Source of the DNA: Vulcanimicrobiales bacterium
GTDB lineage: Bacteria > Vulcanimicrobiota > Vulcanimicrobiia > Vulcanimicrobiales > Vulcanimicrobiaceae
Assembly (NCBI GenBank): GCA_038215615.1
Contig: JBBQQR010000016.1
Span: 1 to 46,674 of the forward strand
Direction of reading: 5' to 3'
Length of the DNA: 46,674 nt
Shown piece by piece: positions 8,357 through 17,942 of the stretch. The position numbers and the translations under genes are program-made. The notes beneath the pieces were generated by a model. It was not told the DNA's origin and did not search any database. It worked only from the letters and a program-made list of their open reading frames with translations. Numbering within the stretch: the first letter of the stretch is position 1; every line of letters starts with the position of its first letter.

Positions 8357-8918
8357 TTCCGCAAAGCGCTGTGCCTGGGCCGTCACCGAAGCTGCGGTCG
8401 CTTACCACGATCGCGAGTGGGGCGTTCCGGCGCACGACGATCGCGTTCACTTCGAGTTCTTGCTGCTCGAGGGCGCGCAGGCGGGTCTGAGCTGGAATAC
8501 GATTTTGGCAAAGCGGGCATCGTACCGCAAACTCTTCGCGAACTTCGATCCCCGCCGCGTGGCTCGATTCAGTGAGGTGAATATTCAAAGTATTTTGAAA
8601 AATCCAGGCATCGTGCGCAACCGTTTGAAAGTGCGCGGAGCCGTGAAAAACGCAAAGGCGTTTTTGCGAGTGCAGAGTGAGTTCGGAAGCTTTGATACGT
8701 ACGTGTGGTCCTTTGTGGGCGGGAAGCCGCTCTGCGCGAAACGCAGCGCGCGTTCGCGCCAGCCGTCTACTAGCAAGCAATCCGATGCACTCAGCGCAGA
8801 CCTAAAAAAGCGTGGCTTCACGTTCGTCGGATCGACGATCTGTTATTCCTTCATGCAGGCTGTCGGCATGGTCAACGACCATGTCACGACATGCTTCAGG
8901 TATGCAAAATGCCGCTGA
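8349..8918 (+). CDS. tag: DNA-3-methyladenine glycosylase I
   Basis: RCAWA, YHDREWG, LEGAQAGLSW, GIVRNRLK, GMVNDHVTTC. Confidence 0.96.
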   Translation: MADSAKRCAWAVTEAAVAYHDREWGVPAHDDRVHFEFLLLEGAQAGLSWNTILAKRASYRKLFANFDPRRVARFSEVNIQSILKNPGIVRNRLKVRGAVKNAKAFLRVQSEFGSFDTYVWSFVGGKPLCAKRSARSRQPSTSKQSDALSADLKKRGFTFVGSTICYSFMQAVGMVNDHVTTCFRYAKCR

Positions 8919-9814
8919 CCGTTTCTTCCTCACCGGCACGATCGTATGCGGAAGCCAAAGCACGCGTCGAAAAATTCAAAGAACTCGATAGCGATCCGCG
9001 CATTCTGCCCGAAGCGTACACACAACTGTACGACTGCGGCGAGCGTACGCCGCTCGCCGTCGTGCTGCTGCATGGGCTAACGAATCATCCGGGACAGTTC
9101 GTACAACTCGCTCCGCTCGCGCGCGAGCTCGGTGCGAACGTCTTCGTTCCGCGGCTTCCGGAGCAAGGCGATCGCGATCGCATGACAACGCGCCTGGCGA
9201 ACCTCACGGCGGAGATGCTGCTGTCGTCGGCCACCGAAGCCGTCGACATCGCGTGTGGTTTAGGCCAACGCGTTTGCGTGCTCGGTATTTCGACCAGCGC
9301 GTTACTGTGCGGATATTTCGTGCAGCACCGCGCCGACGTAGCACATGCTGTCGCCGTCAGCCCGGTCTTCGCGCTGCTGAAGCTTGGGTACCCCGTGAGC
9401 CGGCTCATCGGCGCCGCAATGCGCAAACTGCCCAACGCTTTTATGTGGTGGGATCCGCGCAACAAAGAAAACATCATGCCGCCGACCGGATACCCGCGAT
9501 TTTCCACACACGCGCTCGGAGAGTGTTTGCTGATCGGCGACGACGTGTGGGACGCTTCGCGTGTCGCGCCGTTTGCAGGCGGCCGCGCGACGATTCTGAC
9601 CAACGAGCGCGATCCGGCCGTTAATAATCACACCGCCGACCGCGTTGGGCTGGCGTGGCAGCGCTACCGCCGCGAGTTCACGCAGGCCTACCGTTTTTCC
9701 GACCTGCCGACGAACCACGACATCATCGATCCGCAAAATGCAAGCCCGCGGATCGATATCGTCTATCCGGTGCTCATGCGATTCATCCGCCAAACGATGG
9801 AGGTCCCGGGATGA
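8909..9814 (+). CDS. Alpha/beta hydrolase, paralogue of 7499..8356
   Basis: LLHGLT, NVFVPRLP, GISTSA, WWDP, GYPRFSTHAL, HDII shared with the upstream paralogue. Confidence 0.8.
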   Translation: MPLTVSSSPARSYAEAKARVEKFKELDSDPRILPEAYTQLYDCGERTPLAVVLLHGLTNHPGQFVQLAPLARELGANVFVPRLPEQGDRDRMTTRLANLTAEMLLSSATEAVDIACGLGQRVCVLGISTSALLCGYFVQHRADVAHAVAVSPVFALLKLGYPVSRLIGAAMRKLPNAFMWWDPRNKENIMPPTGYPRFSTHALGECLLIGDDVWDASRVAPFAGGRATILTNERDPAVNNHTADRVGLAWQRYRREFTQAYRFSDLPTNHDIIDPQNASPRIDIVYPVLMRFIRQTMEVPG

Positions 9815-10647
9815 TGATCAAGTACCAACGCCAGATGATGCATAGAACGTTGATCTCCGCTTTCGCGCTGCTGCTTGCGGCGTGCGGTTCGCCGTCCGGC
9901 AGCACGTCCGGCGCCGCCGGAAGCCCAGGCTCGATCTCGATCTCCGGCTCGACCGCGCTGCTGCCGCTGGTGAAACAGGCGGCAGTCGATTATCAAACTG
10001 CGCATGCGAACGTGAAGATTAGCGTAGCCGGAGGCGGATCGCGCGTCGGCATTACGCAGGTTGCCCAGCGCGCGGTCGATATCGGAGACTCCGACATCCC
10101 GGCGCAGGGCGAGCCGAGTCTGGTCGATCATGCGGTCGCAATCGTGACGTTCGGCATCGTCGTCAATCCGCAGACGGGCGTAAAAAACCTGAGCACCGCG
10201 CAAATCCGCGGAATCTTCAGTGGGAAGTTCACAAATTGGAGTCAAGCGGGCGGGCGCAACGGCCCCATTACCGTGATCAACCGGCCCCGCAGCTCGGGCA
10301 CGCGCGCCGTACTGGTCAGCAAGATCTTAGGCGGTCACGAACCTTCCGAAGGCGGTTTGACGCAAGACTCGTCGGGAACGGTCGCCGCGATGGTCGCGCA
10401 GACACCGGGCGCGATTTCGTATCTCGGCCTGGCGTATGTTAATCCCCAATCGCAGACAGTCGTATCCATTGACGGCATCGGGCCGTCACAAGACGGGCTC
10501 AAGAAATACCCGTATTGGTCTTACGAGCACATGTATACGAACGGACAGCCCAGTGCGCAGGTCGCCGGTTTTATCGGCTTTGTCACCCAAGACAGGGTGC
10601 TGCTGCGGCGCCTAAAATTTATTCCCATGGGAAACGGAAAAGACTAG
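9811..10647 (+). CDS. Phosphate ABC transporter substrate-binding lipoprotein (PstS family)
   Basis: Lipobox LLAAC; ISGSTALLP, GGGSRVG, DIGDSD, RPRSSGTR. Confidence 0.88.
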   Translation: MMIKYQRQMMHRTLISAFALLLAACGSPSGSTSGAAGSPGSISISGSTALLPLVKQAAVDYQTAHANVKISVAGGGSRVGITQVAQRAVDIGDSDIPAQGEPSLVDHAVAIVTFGIVVNPQTGVKNLSTAQIRGIFSGKFTNWSQAGGRNGPITVINRPRSSGTRAVLVSKILGGHEPSEGGLTQDSSGTVAAMVAQTPGAISYLGLAYVNPQSQTVVSIDGIGPSQDGLKKYPYWSYEHMYTNGQPSAQVAGFIGFVTQDRVLLRRLKFIPMGNGKD

Positions 10648-11522
10648 AAGCTCACCGTAGCGCGATACATCTCTTTGTCCGCGATGGAGTAGTAGAGTTG
10701 CGTCGCGCCGTTTTCAACGACGGCGGATGCTGCGAACGCGATGTCGGTTGCGCCGGCTGCGTGCTGGACGGGCGGGACGATGAGCGGATCGCCGCCGCGC
10801 GCGCAAACGCGCGTGTAATTTTGGTCAAAGGTTATCCAACCGATGCGCCATTTGGCATCGCGCGTTGCGCCGTTATAAAACATCACGGGATCGCCGCCGG
10901 CCGTCGAAACGATCGGCCCCGTGCTTAGATGCCAGCAGTCCCAGTTGTCCGCGCGAGCTTCGAAGAGCGAATCGGTGATGGTCCAAGGACCGTCGACCGC
11001 AGGCCGCATTGCGACTCCTATTTTCGATTTTTCATCGGCCGCATATTCGAAGAACAACCGCCAGGTGCCGTCACGTGCTTGCACGAGGGTGGCTTCTTTT
11101 GGGTTCTTGCGCTCGGGCGTCCAAGGTAAAATTGTGCGGCTTTCGTCGAGCCGCAGCACATCGCTGCCCTCGGCCAACAGCAGCTGTCCGCGCTTTATGC
11201 GCTCGTCCCAGCCGGTGTAGTAGACATAATAGCGGCCGCCGACAATGCAGACCGTCGGATCTTCGCAGCCGTCATGGTCGTTGTCGGGACCCGGCGCAAC
11301 CGCGGGTTTTTCGCAGAGCGTGAAGCGCAATCCGTCGCGCGATTCTCCGTACTGGATGCGCGCGATCTTTTTCGCCGGATCGTGCGATTCGGGAACGGCG
11401 CGGAGCATCATCCGGTAGAGCGGTCCCTCGCGCCAAACGAACGGACTGAGCAGGTACATATCGCGCAGCGGTTCCGGCCGTACGACACGCAGCGCCGCGA
11501 TTTCGTCGGCGGCGAATGACAT
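10644..11522 (-). CDS. Five-bladed beta-propeller glycosidase, GH130-like
   Basis: ESRDGLRF, GCEDP, YYVYYTG, YNGA, YYSIAD; TAATG coupling to the upstream protease. Confidence 0.72.
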   Translation of the reverse strand: MSFAADEIAALRVVRPEPLRDMYLLSPFVWREGPLYRMMLRAVPESHDPAKKIARIQYGESRDGLRFTLCEKPAVAPGPDNDHDGCEDPTVCIVGGRYYVYYTGWDERIKRGQLLLAEGSDVLRLDESRTILPWTPERKNPKEATLVQARDGTWRLFFEYAADEKSKIGVAMRPAVDGPWTITDSLFEARADNWDCWHLSTGPIVSTAGGDPVMFYNGATRDAKWRIGWITFDQNYTRVCARGGDPLIVPPVQHAAGATDIAFAASAVVENGATQLYYSIADKEMYRATVSF

Positions 11523-14500
11523 TACGGCAGAGCCGGTAGCGAAAGTGACGGCCTGGTGGCCAAATCCGGGTAGGTTTCATGGAAGTTTTCAGCCGCCGAG
11601 AGAACCAGCCGGATCGCGAAATCGAGCTGAGGATCTTTGCCGTCGCGGTAATCGTGCGGGGCGATGTCCACGTCGTAGTCGGGATCGGTTCCGTAATTTT
11701 CGACGCGCCAGCCGACGTCTTTGAACCAGAACGAAAACTCAGGCTGCGTGGTGATCGTGCCGTCCACCAGACGGTGATACGGATTGATGCCGACCACGCC
11801 GCCCCACGTGCGCTTTCCGACGAGCGGGCCCAGTTTGTAGAGTTTGAAGCAGTGACTGAAGATGTCGCCGTCCGATCCCGCAAACTGATTGGTGATCGCC
11901 ACGAGGGGACCGGCGACAGATTCGGGCGGATACGGAAACGGTTTTTGGCTGTAGCGCGCGACATCGTAGCCGACGCGTTTGCGCGCGAGCTTTTCGAGCA
12001 GCAGCGGCGAAACGTGGCCGCCGCGGTTGTAGCGCACGTCCACAATCAGCCCGCTCCGATCGAACTCCGAGAGATATCCACGGTGAAATTCCGCAAATCC
12101 CCACGGCCCCATGTCGGGAATGTGCAGGTAGCCGATTTTTTCGCCGGTCGCTGCGTGCACATATTTCCGCTGCGCGTCTACCCATGCGCGGTAGCGTAAG
12201 CTCTGCTCGCTGGCCAGCGTTTTGACCGTGATGCGCCGCTCTTGCGATCCGGAACGGATTACAATGCTGACCTCGCGACCCGCGGCGTTGACCAGTGCGT
12301 TGTCCGGCCCGAACTCCCGGTCGAGTTTCTTCCCGCCGATGGCCGCGAGGACGTCGCCTTCGCGGACGTTTAGTCCGGGCTCGGCCAGCGGTGAGTCGCT
12401 TTGCGGATTCCACGAGTCGCCGCGCAAGATGTGCGCGATGCGCCAGCCTCCTGCGGCATCGTCGTAGACATAGTCGGCGCCCAAAAAGCCGCGGCGGTAT
12501 TGGGGCGGTTCGCGCAGGTCGCCGCCGTATTCGTAGGCGTGCGATGTGCCGAGTTCGCCGTGCATCTCCCAAATGAGATCGGAGAGTTCGGCCCGCGTGC
12601 GCACGCGCGGAAGCACGGCTTCGTAACGGTCGCGTACGCGATCCCAGTCGATGTCAGCCATGTCTTCGAGCCAGTAGTGTTCGGTTTGCAGCCGCCACGC
12701 TTCGCGATACATCTGGCGCCATTCATCGCGCGGTTCGATTTCGACGCTGATGCGATCCAGATCGATCCAACCGCTCTTGCGCCCCGGTTCGGAAGGCGGT
12801 TTGGGGTCGTCGTGATCTTCGGGCAGTTCGGCAAGCGCGTCGATCGCGCGCACCTTCTCGTGCGAACGGTAGAGCAGCGTGTGGTGATCGGGCGCGAGCG
12901 CGATCTCGCAAACGTCAGTCGCGACGGTGGCCGCCCGCTGCGTTTCAAAATCGTAGGCCATCAGCGTTCCGGCGGCGTCCTCTTCGTCCCACGAACGCGA
13001 CTGCGGCTTGATGCCGCGTACCTCGAACTTGGTGAACAGTACGCGGTTGCGGACCGCCACGATCTGATCGTACTCGCCTTCGTCTACGGGGAAGGCCAAA
13101 ATCCGGCCTTGGATTCCGTCGAAGTCGATCTCGAGACGCGGCGGCCCCGAATCTTTCTTTTTCTCCGGTCCGTCGCGATCGTGATCGTGATCGCGGTGAA
13201 CGGGTTTTGGTTTCGGCGTGAACGGGTTGGGCACGTCGGCCCGCAGCGTGATGACAAAAGGCCGCTGCGCCTGCGGGAAGCTCAAGTCGAACTGCAGCGC
13301 GTCGTAGACCGGATCGAAGTCGCGCGTGGAAATAAAATACAGATATCGTCCTTCGGGGTCCCATGCCGGACTTTGATCGGCCCGCAGCTGTGGCGTGACG
13401 TCTTTGATCTCGCCCGATTTGATTTTGACGACGCGAATAACCGAAACCGCCTGATCGAGCGGCGACCACGCGTAGGCGAGGTAGCGGCCGTCGGGCGAAA
13501 ACGCGAGACCGCTGACCCGGTTTCCCACGCTCTTGTCGAGCACGCGCGGCGCACCGTCGCGCACGTCGACCGCAATCAGTTCGTAACGGTGGTTGGCAAA
13601 CGCGACCAGGTCCTTGGCGGGCGAAGCGACGAGCTCGGTGACGCGTCCGATGTCGCTGGTCGTGACCAAAACCGGTTCTTTCGATCCGTCGACCTCATGT
13701 ACGGCAATTTGCTCGAAGCCGTTGACGTCGGTGGTTGTCGCGAAGCGGGTTCCGTCGTTCAGCCACGCGATGCAGCGGTAACGGACTGTGCTGCCGGCGC
13801 CGTGTGCGACCGGCGCTTCTTCCCAGAACGGCATCGTAAACGGCTGTCCGCGCGCGATAACCGCCAGTTCGGTGCCGTCGGGGGACGGGGCGAACTCGTC
13901 GAGCGTCTGCGTTCCCGGTAAGAATTTGCGTACGGTTTGCGATGCCGCCGACGGCATCGTGACATCGACTTCGCGCGTTTCGCCCGTTGTTACGTCGTAG
14001 CAGAAGAGCGCTCCGCCCGCGGTGTAGACGATGCGCGCTCCGTCAGTCGATGGAAAGCGCGCGTAGTATTCGCCGTGATGCGTATGCCGCTGCACATCGT
14101 TACCGTTCAGCGCGCAAGAATAGATGTTGCCTAAGCCTTCATGATCGGCGGCGAAATAGATCCGGTCACCGATCCACATCGGCCAAACGGGATTGCCGTC
14201 GGGCAAAGCGAGATGTTCGAATTCCCCTTCGCCGGCCGCGTCGATCCAAATTTCGCCCGAGGTTCCGCCGTGGTAGCGTTTCCAGCGTGCCGGATCGTCG
14301 GCATTGCGTCCGATCACCATCCGCGTTCCCGGCCCGGGAGAGATCGCGCGCATGTGTCCCAGGCCGAGCGCTCGCGGTGTTCCGCCGGACGCTGACACCG
14401 CGAAACCACGCGTATCGCGTTCGTACCACGCATTCGGATTCGAGACGAAGAGAATCTCGAAACCGTCAGGCGTCCATCCGCTGACGGTCGTCAGCGTTGC

Positions 14501-14755
14501 GCCTAGAAATGTGAGCCGTCGCGGTTTTCCGCCCACGGCCGGGACGACATAGACTTCGGCGTTGCCTTCGTCGGTCGCGACAAATGCGATCTTCGTACCG
14601 TCGGGTGAGAAGCGTGGCGTGCTGCATAGGCCGGGCGTGGCGGTGAGTCGGACGGCGGAGCCGCCGTCCAGCGGAGCGATCCAGAGATCGTCCTCGCAAA
14701 CGAACGCGATGCGATCGCCCGAGACGGTCGCGTACCTGCAGTAGCCAAGGTCCAT
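11522..14755 (-). CDS. Tricorn protease homologue (peptidase S41, beta-propellers plus PDZ)
   Basis: WKRYHGGTSG, PD40-like repeats, GELGTSHAY, DVRYNRGG, AGSDGDIF, GKRTWGGVVG. Confidence 0.93.
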   Translation of the reverse strand: MDLGYCRYATVSGDRIAFVCEDDLWIAPLDGGSAVRLTATPGLCSTPRFSPDGTKIAFVATDEGNAEVYVVPAVGGKPRRLTFLGATLTTVSGWTPDGFEILFVSNPNAWYERDTRGFAVSASGGTPRALGLGHMRAISPGPGTRMVIGRNADDPARWKRYHGGTSGEIWIDAAGEGEFEHLALPDGNPVWPMWIGDRIYFAADHEGLGNIYSCALNGNDVQRHTHHGEYYARFPSTDGARIVYTAGGALFCYDVTTGETREVDVTMPSAASQTVRKFLPGTQTLDEFAPSPDGTELAVIARGQPFTMPFWEEAPVAHGAGSTVRYRCIAWLNDGTRFATTTDVNGFEQIAVHEVDGSKEPVLVTTSDIGRVTELVASPAKDLVAFANHRYELIAVDVRDGAPRVLDKSVGNRVSGLAFSPDGRYLAYAWSPLDQAVSVIRVVKIKSGEIKDVTPQLRADQSPAWDPEGRYLYFISTRDFDPVYDALQFDLSFPQAQRPFVITLRADVPNPFTPKPKPVHRDHDHDRDGPEKKKDSGPPRLEIDFDGIQGRILAFPVDEGEYDQIVAVRNRVLFTKFEVRGIKPQSRSWDEEDAAGTLMAYDFETQRAATVATDVCEIALAPDHHTLLYRSHEKVRAIDALAELPEDHDDPKPPSEPGRKSGWIDLDRISVEIEPRDEWRQMYREAWRLQTEHYWLEDMADIDWDRVRDRYEAVLPRVRTRAELSDLIWEMHGELGTSHAYEYGGDLREPPQYRRGFLGADYVYDDAAGGWRIAHILRGDSWNPQSDSPLAEPGLNVREGDVLAAIGGKKLDREFGPDNALVNAAGREVSIVIRSGSQERRITVKTLASEQSLRYRAWVDAQRKYVHAATGEKIGYLHIPDMGPWGFAEFHRGYLSEFDRSGLIVDVRYNRGGHVSPLLLEKLARKRVGYDVARYSQKPFPYPPESVAGPLVAITNQFAGSDGDIFSHCFKLYKLGPLVGKRTWGGVVGINPYHRLVDGTITTQPEFSFWFKDVGWRVENYGTDPDYDVDIAPHDYRDGKDPQLDFAIRLVLSAAENFHETYPDLATRPSLSLPALP

Positions 14756-14805
14756 GAGGGCGATATGGTTAGCGTCCGGGAAGGCCGGTCCCGCTTGCCC
14801 GGGTC

Positions 14806-14830
14806 ATTTACTTTGTGGTACAAAGTAAAT
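14806..14830. promoter_or_regulatory. Perfect inverted repeat (putative operator) abutting the uppS start
   Basis: ATTTACTTTGT-ggt-ACAAAGTAAAT; the next base is the A of ATG 14831. Confidence 0.7.
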
Positions 14831-15550
14831 ATGGCAATGCAGGCGCCGGTTCAAGCCGCTCTCCCCGTCCACGTAGCCGTCATCATGGACGGCAACCGGC
14901 GGTGGGCCGCCGCTCGCGGACTGCCGGCCGCCGAAGGCTACCGTCGCGGGGTCGGCGCGTTGCGCGCTACAGTTCGCGCCGCGCTTGCCGCGGGCGTGAG
15001 AGTCCTGACCGTTTACGGCTTCTCAACGGAGAATTGGGCGCGCGATCCGTCCGAAGTGCGCTTGCTCATGCAGCTCTGCGCGATCTTCGCCCGGACCGCA
15101 CTCGCCTCGCTTCGCCGGCAAGGGGTTGCCGTAGGGGTCGTCGGGGACATCGCGGATTTTCCGCGTTCGCCGCGCGTTGCGATCGAGCGCCTCGTGTGCG
15201 CGACGGAGCACAACCGGCGGCTGACGCTGAACCTCGCGCTGAACTATAGCGGACGCGCCGAGATTGTCCGCGCAGTGCGCGCCATTGCAGATGATATTGA
15301 ATCGGGGAGTTTGCGCGCGCGCGACGTTGACGAAACTGCTTTGCGCCGGCGCTTGTACGCTCCGCACCAGCCCGATCCCGATTTGCTGATCCGTACGGGC
15401 GGAGACTTTCGCGTTTCCAATTTTCTCCTATTCCAACTTGCGTACACGGAGCTGCTGACGCTGCCCGTGATGTGGCCGGATTTTAGCGAGGACGACTTTG
15501 CGCGCGCTTTGACGCTGTACGGGGAGCGCTGCCGGCGCTTCGGATCATGA
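14831..15550 (+). CDS. uppS: Polyprenyl diphosphate synthase (cis-prenyltransferase)
   Basis: HVAVIMDGNRRWA, FSTENWAR, NYSGRAEI, DLLIRTGGDFRVSNFLLFQ, RRFG. Confidence 0.92.
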   Translation: MAMQAPVQAALPVHVAVIMDGNRRWAAARGLPAAEGYRRGVGALRATVRAALAAGVRVLTVYGFSTENWARDPSEVRLLMQLCAIFARTALASLRRQGVAVGVVGDIADFPRSPRVAIERLVCATEHNRRLTLNLALNYSGRAEIVRAVRAIADDIESGSLRARDVDETALRRRLYAPHQPDPDLLIRTGGDFRVSNFLLFQLAYTELLTLPVMWPDFSEDDFARALTLYGERCRRFGS

Positions 15551-16976
15551 TCATCGCGGGCGCTCCGGGCAAGATCGTGCGGCCGTCCGCTTCGAGCAGC
15601 AGGTGATTCAGTGCTGCATAGATCAGCGTCGTGTTGTAGATCTGAACCCCGGGCGCATTCACGATAGGGGGCGTTCCGCTGAGCTCCTCAAATGGGATGA
15701 CCGGAGTCCCGGTGCTCGTCAGCGGTGCCGCAGAAAATCCGGCCAGCGTGCGAAACAGCAGCTCGGCATAGAGCGCGTTGGCCCACCCGAATTCGGCGCG
15801 CGTAAACGCCCAGTATGCGTTCCCGTTAAAGCTTTCGTGGGTGAGACCGTCCCTGCTGTCGGTTTCGGCTAGCGTCGTTACGCTCGCCGCGATCTCTTGC
15901 GACGAAGTCGCGGTCAACGCACGTCCGATGATGCCGAGCGGCCACACGTATCCGGCCGGCGTGTGCTCGCTGCCCAATCCGGAGGCGTATATGCCTTTGT
16001 AGTACCACGGGTTGCTTGACGAAAGCGCGAACGCTCGCGTGTTCAAATAGACGGGATCCAAAGACGACGACCATCCGATGTACGGCATCGCCGTAAGGTT
16101 CGGAATGTTGGCATCGTCGGCAAAGAGCTGCGCACCGTTTCCGTCGGTTTCATACGCATAGACCCAGCCGCCCAGCTCGGGGCGCCAGGCTCGTCCATAG
16201 AGTTGAATGCCGTCTTCGATCTGCGCGGACATCGCGTTGGCTTCGTTTGCGAGATTGCGGTCGCCGTACCCGTCGACCGCGAGCGTTGCGATGACGCGCA
16301 GAGCGATCGCCGCGATGGCCTCTTGCGGTATATTGAAATGATAGCGGACCGCGTCGTCGGATGGGCGGTACGCGGTCCAAACCATGCCCGTTCCCGGATT
16401 AAACGGCTCGGTTTGCAGTTCGGTGTGATAGCGGCTGCAGTTCGCGTGCAGCTGTTCGCAGCGCCACGTGTCGACGCTCGCGCGCAGTTCCCGGTGGAAT
16501 GCATGGCTGAAGAGTGCGCGCGTACCCGTTTGCTGCCGGACAACCCACGCCAGCAGCACCGGCCATGCCGGCGAATCCGCTTCCCACTTGCGTTCCCATA
16601 TGTGATAGTCGGCGGTGAACGCGTTGGCGTATGGATCGACGGCCACGTTGCGCGCGTTGCGTTCGATGACGCCCAGCAGCCGCACGGCCAGAATCGGATA
16701 TCCCGGAGCGAAACGCACGTAGGGAATCGTCTGGGCGGACGAATCGCGCAGCCACATCGCGGGAATGTCGCCGGTCTGCACGTACGTCGTGCCGTCGCGT
16801 TCGCTGAAAAAATCCGAAAAAAGCGTGTGGAAAAGTGAGGCCGGTTCGATTGCGCGGGCGCGGTGGCCGGTTAGCGGAACGATCAGGGTTTGCGCGTGCG
16901 CGGGCACTCCGCAGAAGGCAAGGACAACCGTCAGGGCGGCGGCAATCCTTCGAATGTGGGCAATCCAAGCGATCAC
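15483..16976 (-). CDS. Secreted glycoside hydrolase family 125 (alpha-mannosidase-like)
   Basis: TGDIPAMWLRDS, DPYANAF, ERKWEADS, RPSDD, DDANIP, FGWANALY; signal peptide ending AHA-Q; start uncertain. Confidence 0.87.
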   Translation of the reverse strand: MIAWIAHIRRIAAALTVVLAFCGVPAHAQTLIVPLTGHRARAIEPASLFHTLFSDFFSERDGTTYVQTGDIPAMWLRDSSAQTIPYVRFAPGYPILAVRLLGVIERNARNVAVDPYANAFTADYHIWERKWEADSPAWPVLLAWVVRQQTGTRALFSHAFHRELRASVDTWRCEQLHANCSRYHTELQTEPFNPGTGMVWTAYRPSDDAVRYHFNIPQEAIAAIALRVIATLAVDGYGDRNLANEANAMSAQIEDGIQLYGRAWRPELGGWVYAYETDGNGAQLFADDANIPNLTAMPYIGWSSSLDPVYLNTRAFALSSSNPWYYKGIYASGLGSEHTPAGYVWPLGIIGRALTATSSQEIAASVTTLAETDSRDGLTHESFNGNAYWAFTRAEFGWANALYAELLFRTLAGFSAAPLTSTGTPVIPFEELSGTPPIVNAPGVQIYNTTLIYAALNHLLLEADGRTILPGAPAMIMIRSAGSAPRTASKRAQSRPR

Positions 16977-17942
16977 TCCGACCTCTTGCGGCAATTCCGC
17001 GCCCGTTCCCCACGCGCGCTGGCGCGAGCGATCAGCCGCGCGGAATCCGGACGGGGAGCCGAGCTGGTGCGTCATCTTTTTTCGCAAACGGGGCGCGCGC
17101 TCACCATCGGTCTAACGGGGCCGCCGGGCGTCGGCAAATCCACCATCGGGAACGCGCTCGTTCGCAAAGTGCGTTCGCTGGGCAAGAGCGTCGGCGTCGT
17201 GTCGGTGGATCCGAGTTCTCCGTTTTCGCATGGCGCGTTATTAGGCGATCGCATTCGATTGACCGAACACTTTACGGACGGCGACGTTTTTATCCGGTCG
17301 ATGGCCAGCCGCGGTCACCTGGGCGGCCTTTCCGGAGCGACCGCTGACGCCGTGCTGCTGATGGACGCGTTCGGCTTTGACGTCGTCATCATCGAGACCG
17401 TGGGCGTGGGACAATCCGAGATCGAAATCGCGGAGCTCGCGCAAACCACGATCGTCGCGCTGCAGCCCGGCAGCGGCGACAGCATTCAAGTGCTCAAGGC
17501 CGGCATATTGGAGATCGCCGACATCTTTGTGGTCAACAAGAAAGACCACCCGATGGCAAATCAACTCAAGCACGAGATTCGTTCGATGATGGGAATGCTC
17601 GACTTCAGCGGATGGGTGCCCGAGCTGATCATGACGCAGGCTACCAGCGGCGAAGGCATCGACGAACTCTGGGCGGGCGTCGAGCGGCACGTTGCGTATC
17701 TGCGCGATTCAGGCGAGCTCGACGAAAAACGCCGGGAAGCGTTCGCCCACCAGGTTCGCCAACTGGCTCTGGGGCAGCTCGAACGCAAACTGGACCGCCA
17801 GCTGGGGAGCGAACTGGCGGCCGGAGTCGATCCGTATGCGGCCGCCGAACGTGTCCTGGGTGCTTTTGGCATTTCATCTGAAGTCTCCGACGAGCCGGCC
17901 CGCGCGCCGCACGTGCGCGCCTCGGTCAAGGGCCTGACGTGA
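16956..17942 (+). CDS. meaB: Acyl-CoA mutase-associated GTPase (MeaB/ArgK family)
   Basis: GLTGPPGVGKST, DPSSPFSHGALLGDRIR, ETVGVGQSE, KAGILEIAD, NKxD; start uncertain. Confidence 0.93.
   Translation: MGNPSDHSDLLRQFRARSPRALARAISRAESGRGAELVRHLFSQTGRALTIGLTGPPGVGKSTIGNALVRKVRSLGKSVGVVSVDPSSPFSHGALLGDRIRLTEHFTDGDVFIRSMASRGHLGGLSGATADAVLLMDAFGFDVVIIETVGVGQSEIEIAELAQTTIVALQPGSGDSIQVLKAGILEIADIFVVNKKDHPMANQLKHEIRSMMGMLDFSGWVPELIMTQATSGEGIDELWAGVERHVAYLRDSGELDEKRREAFAHQVRQLALGQLERKLDRQLGSELAAGVDPYAAAERVLGAFGISSEVSDEPARAPHVRASVKGLT

Noticed and set aside
13170..13200. GATCGT short tandem repeat in the tricorn gene
   Set aside because: Encodes a low-complexity HRDHDHDRD linker; in-frame unit, too short to suggest phase variation
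16826..16834. DnaA-box-like TGTGGAAAA
   Set aside because: Single match inside a coding region, consistent with chance
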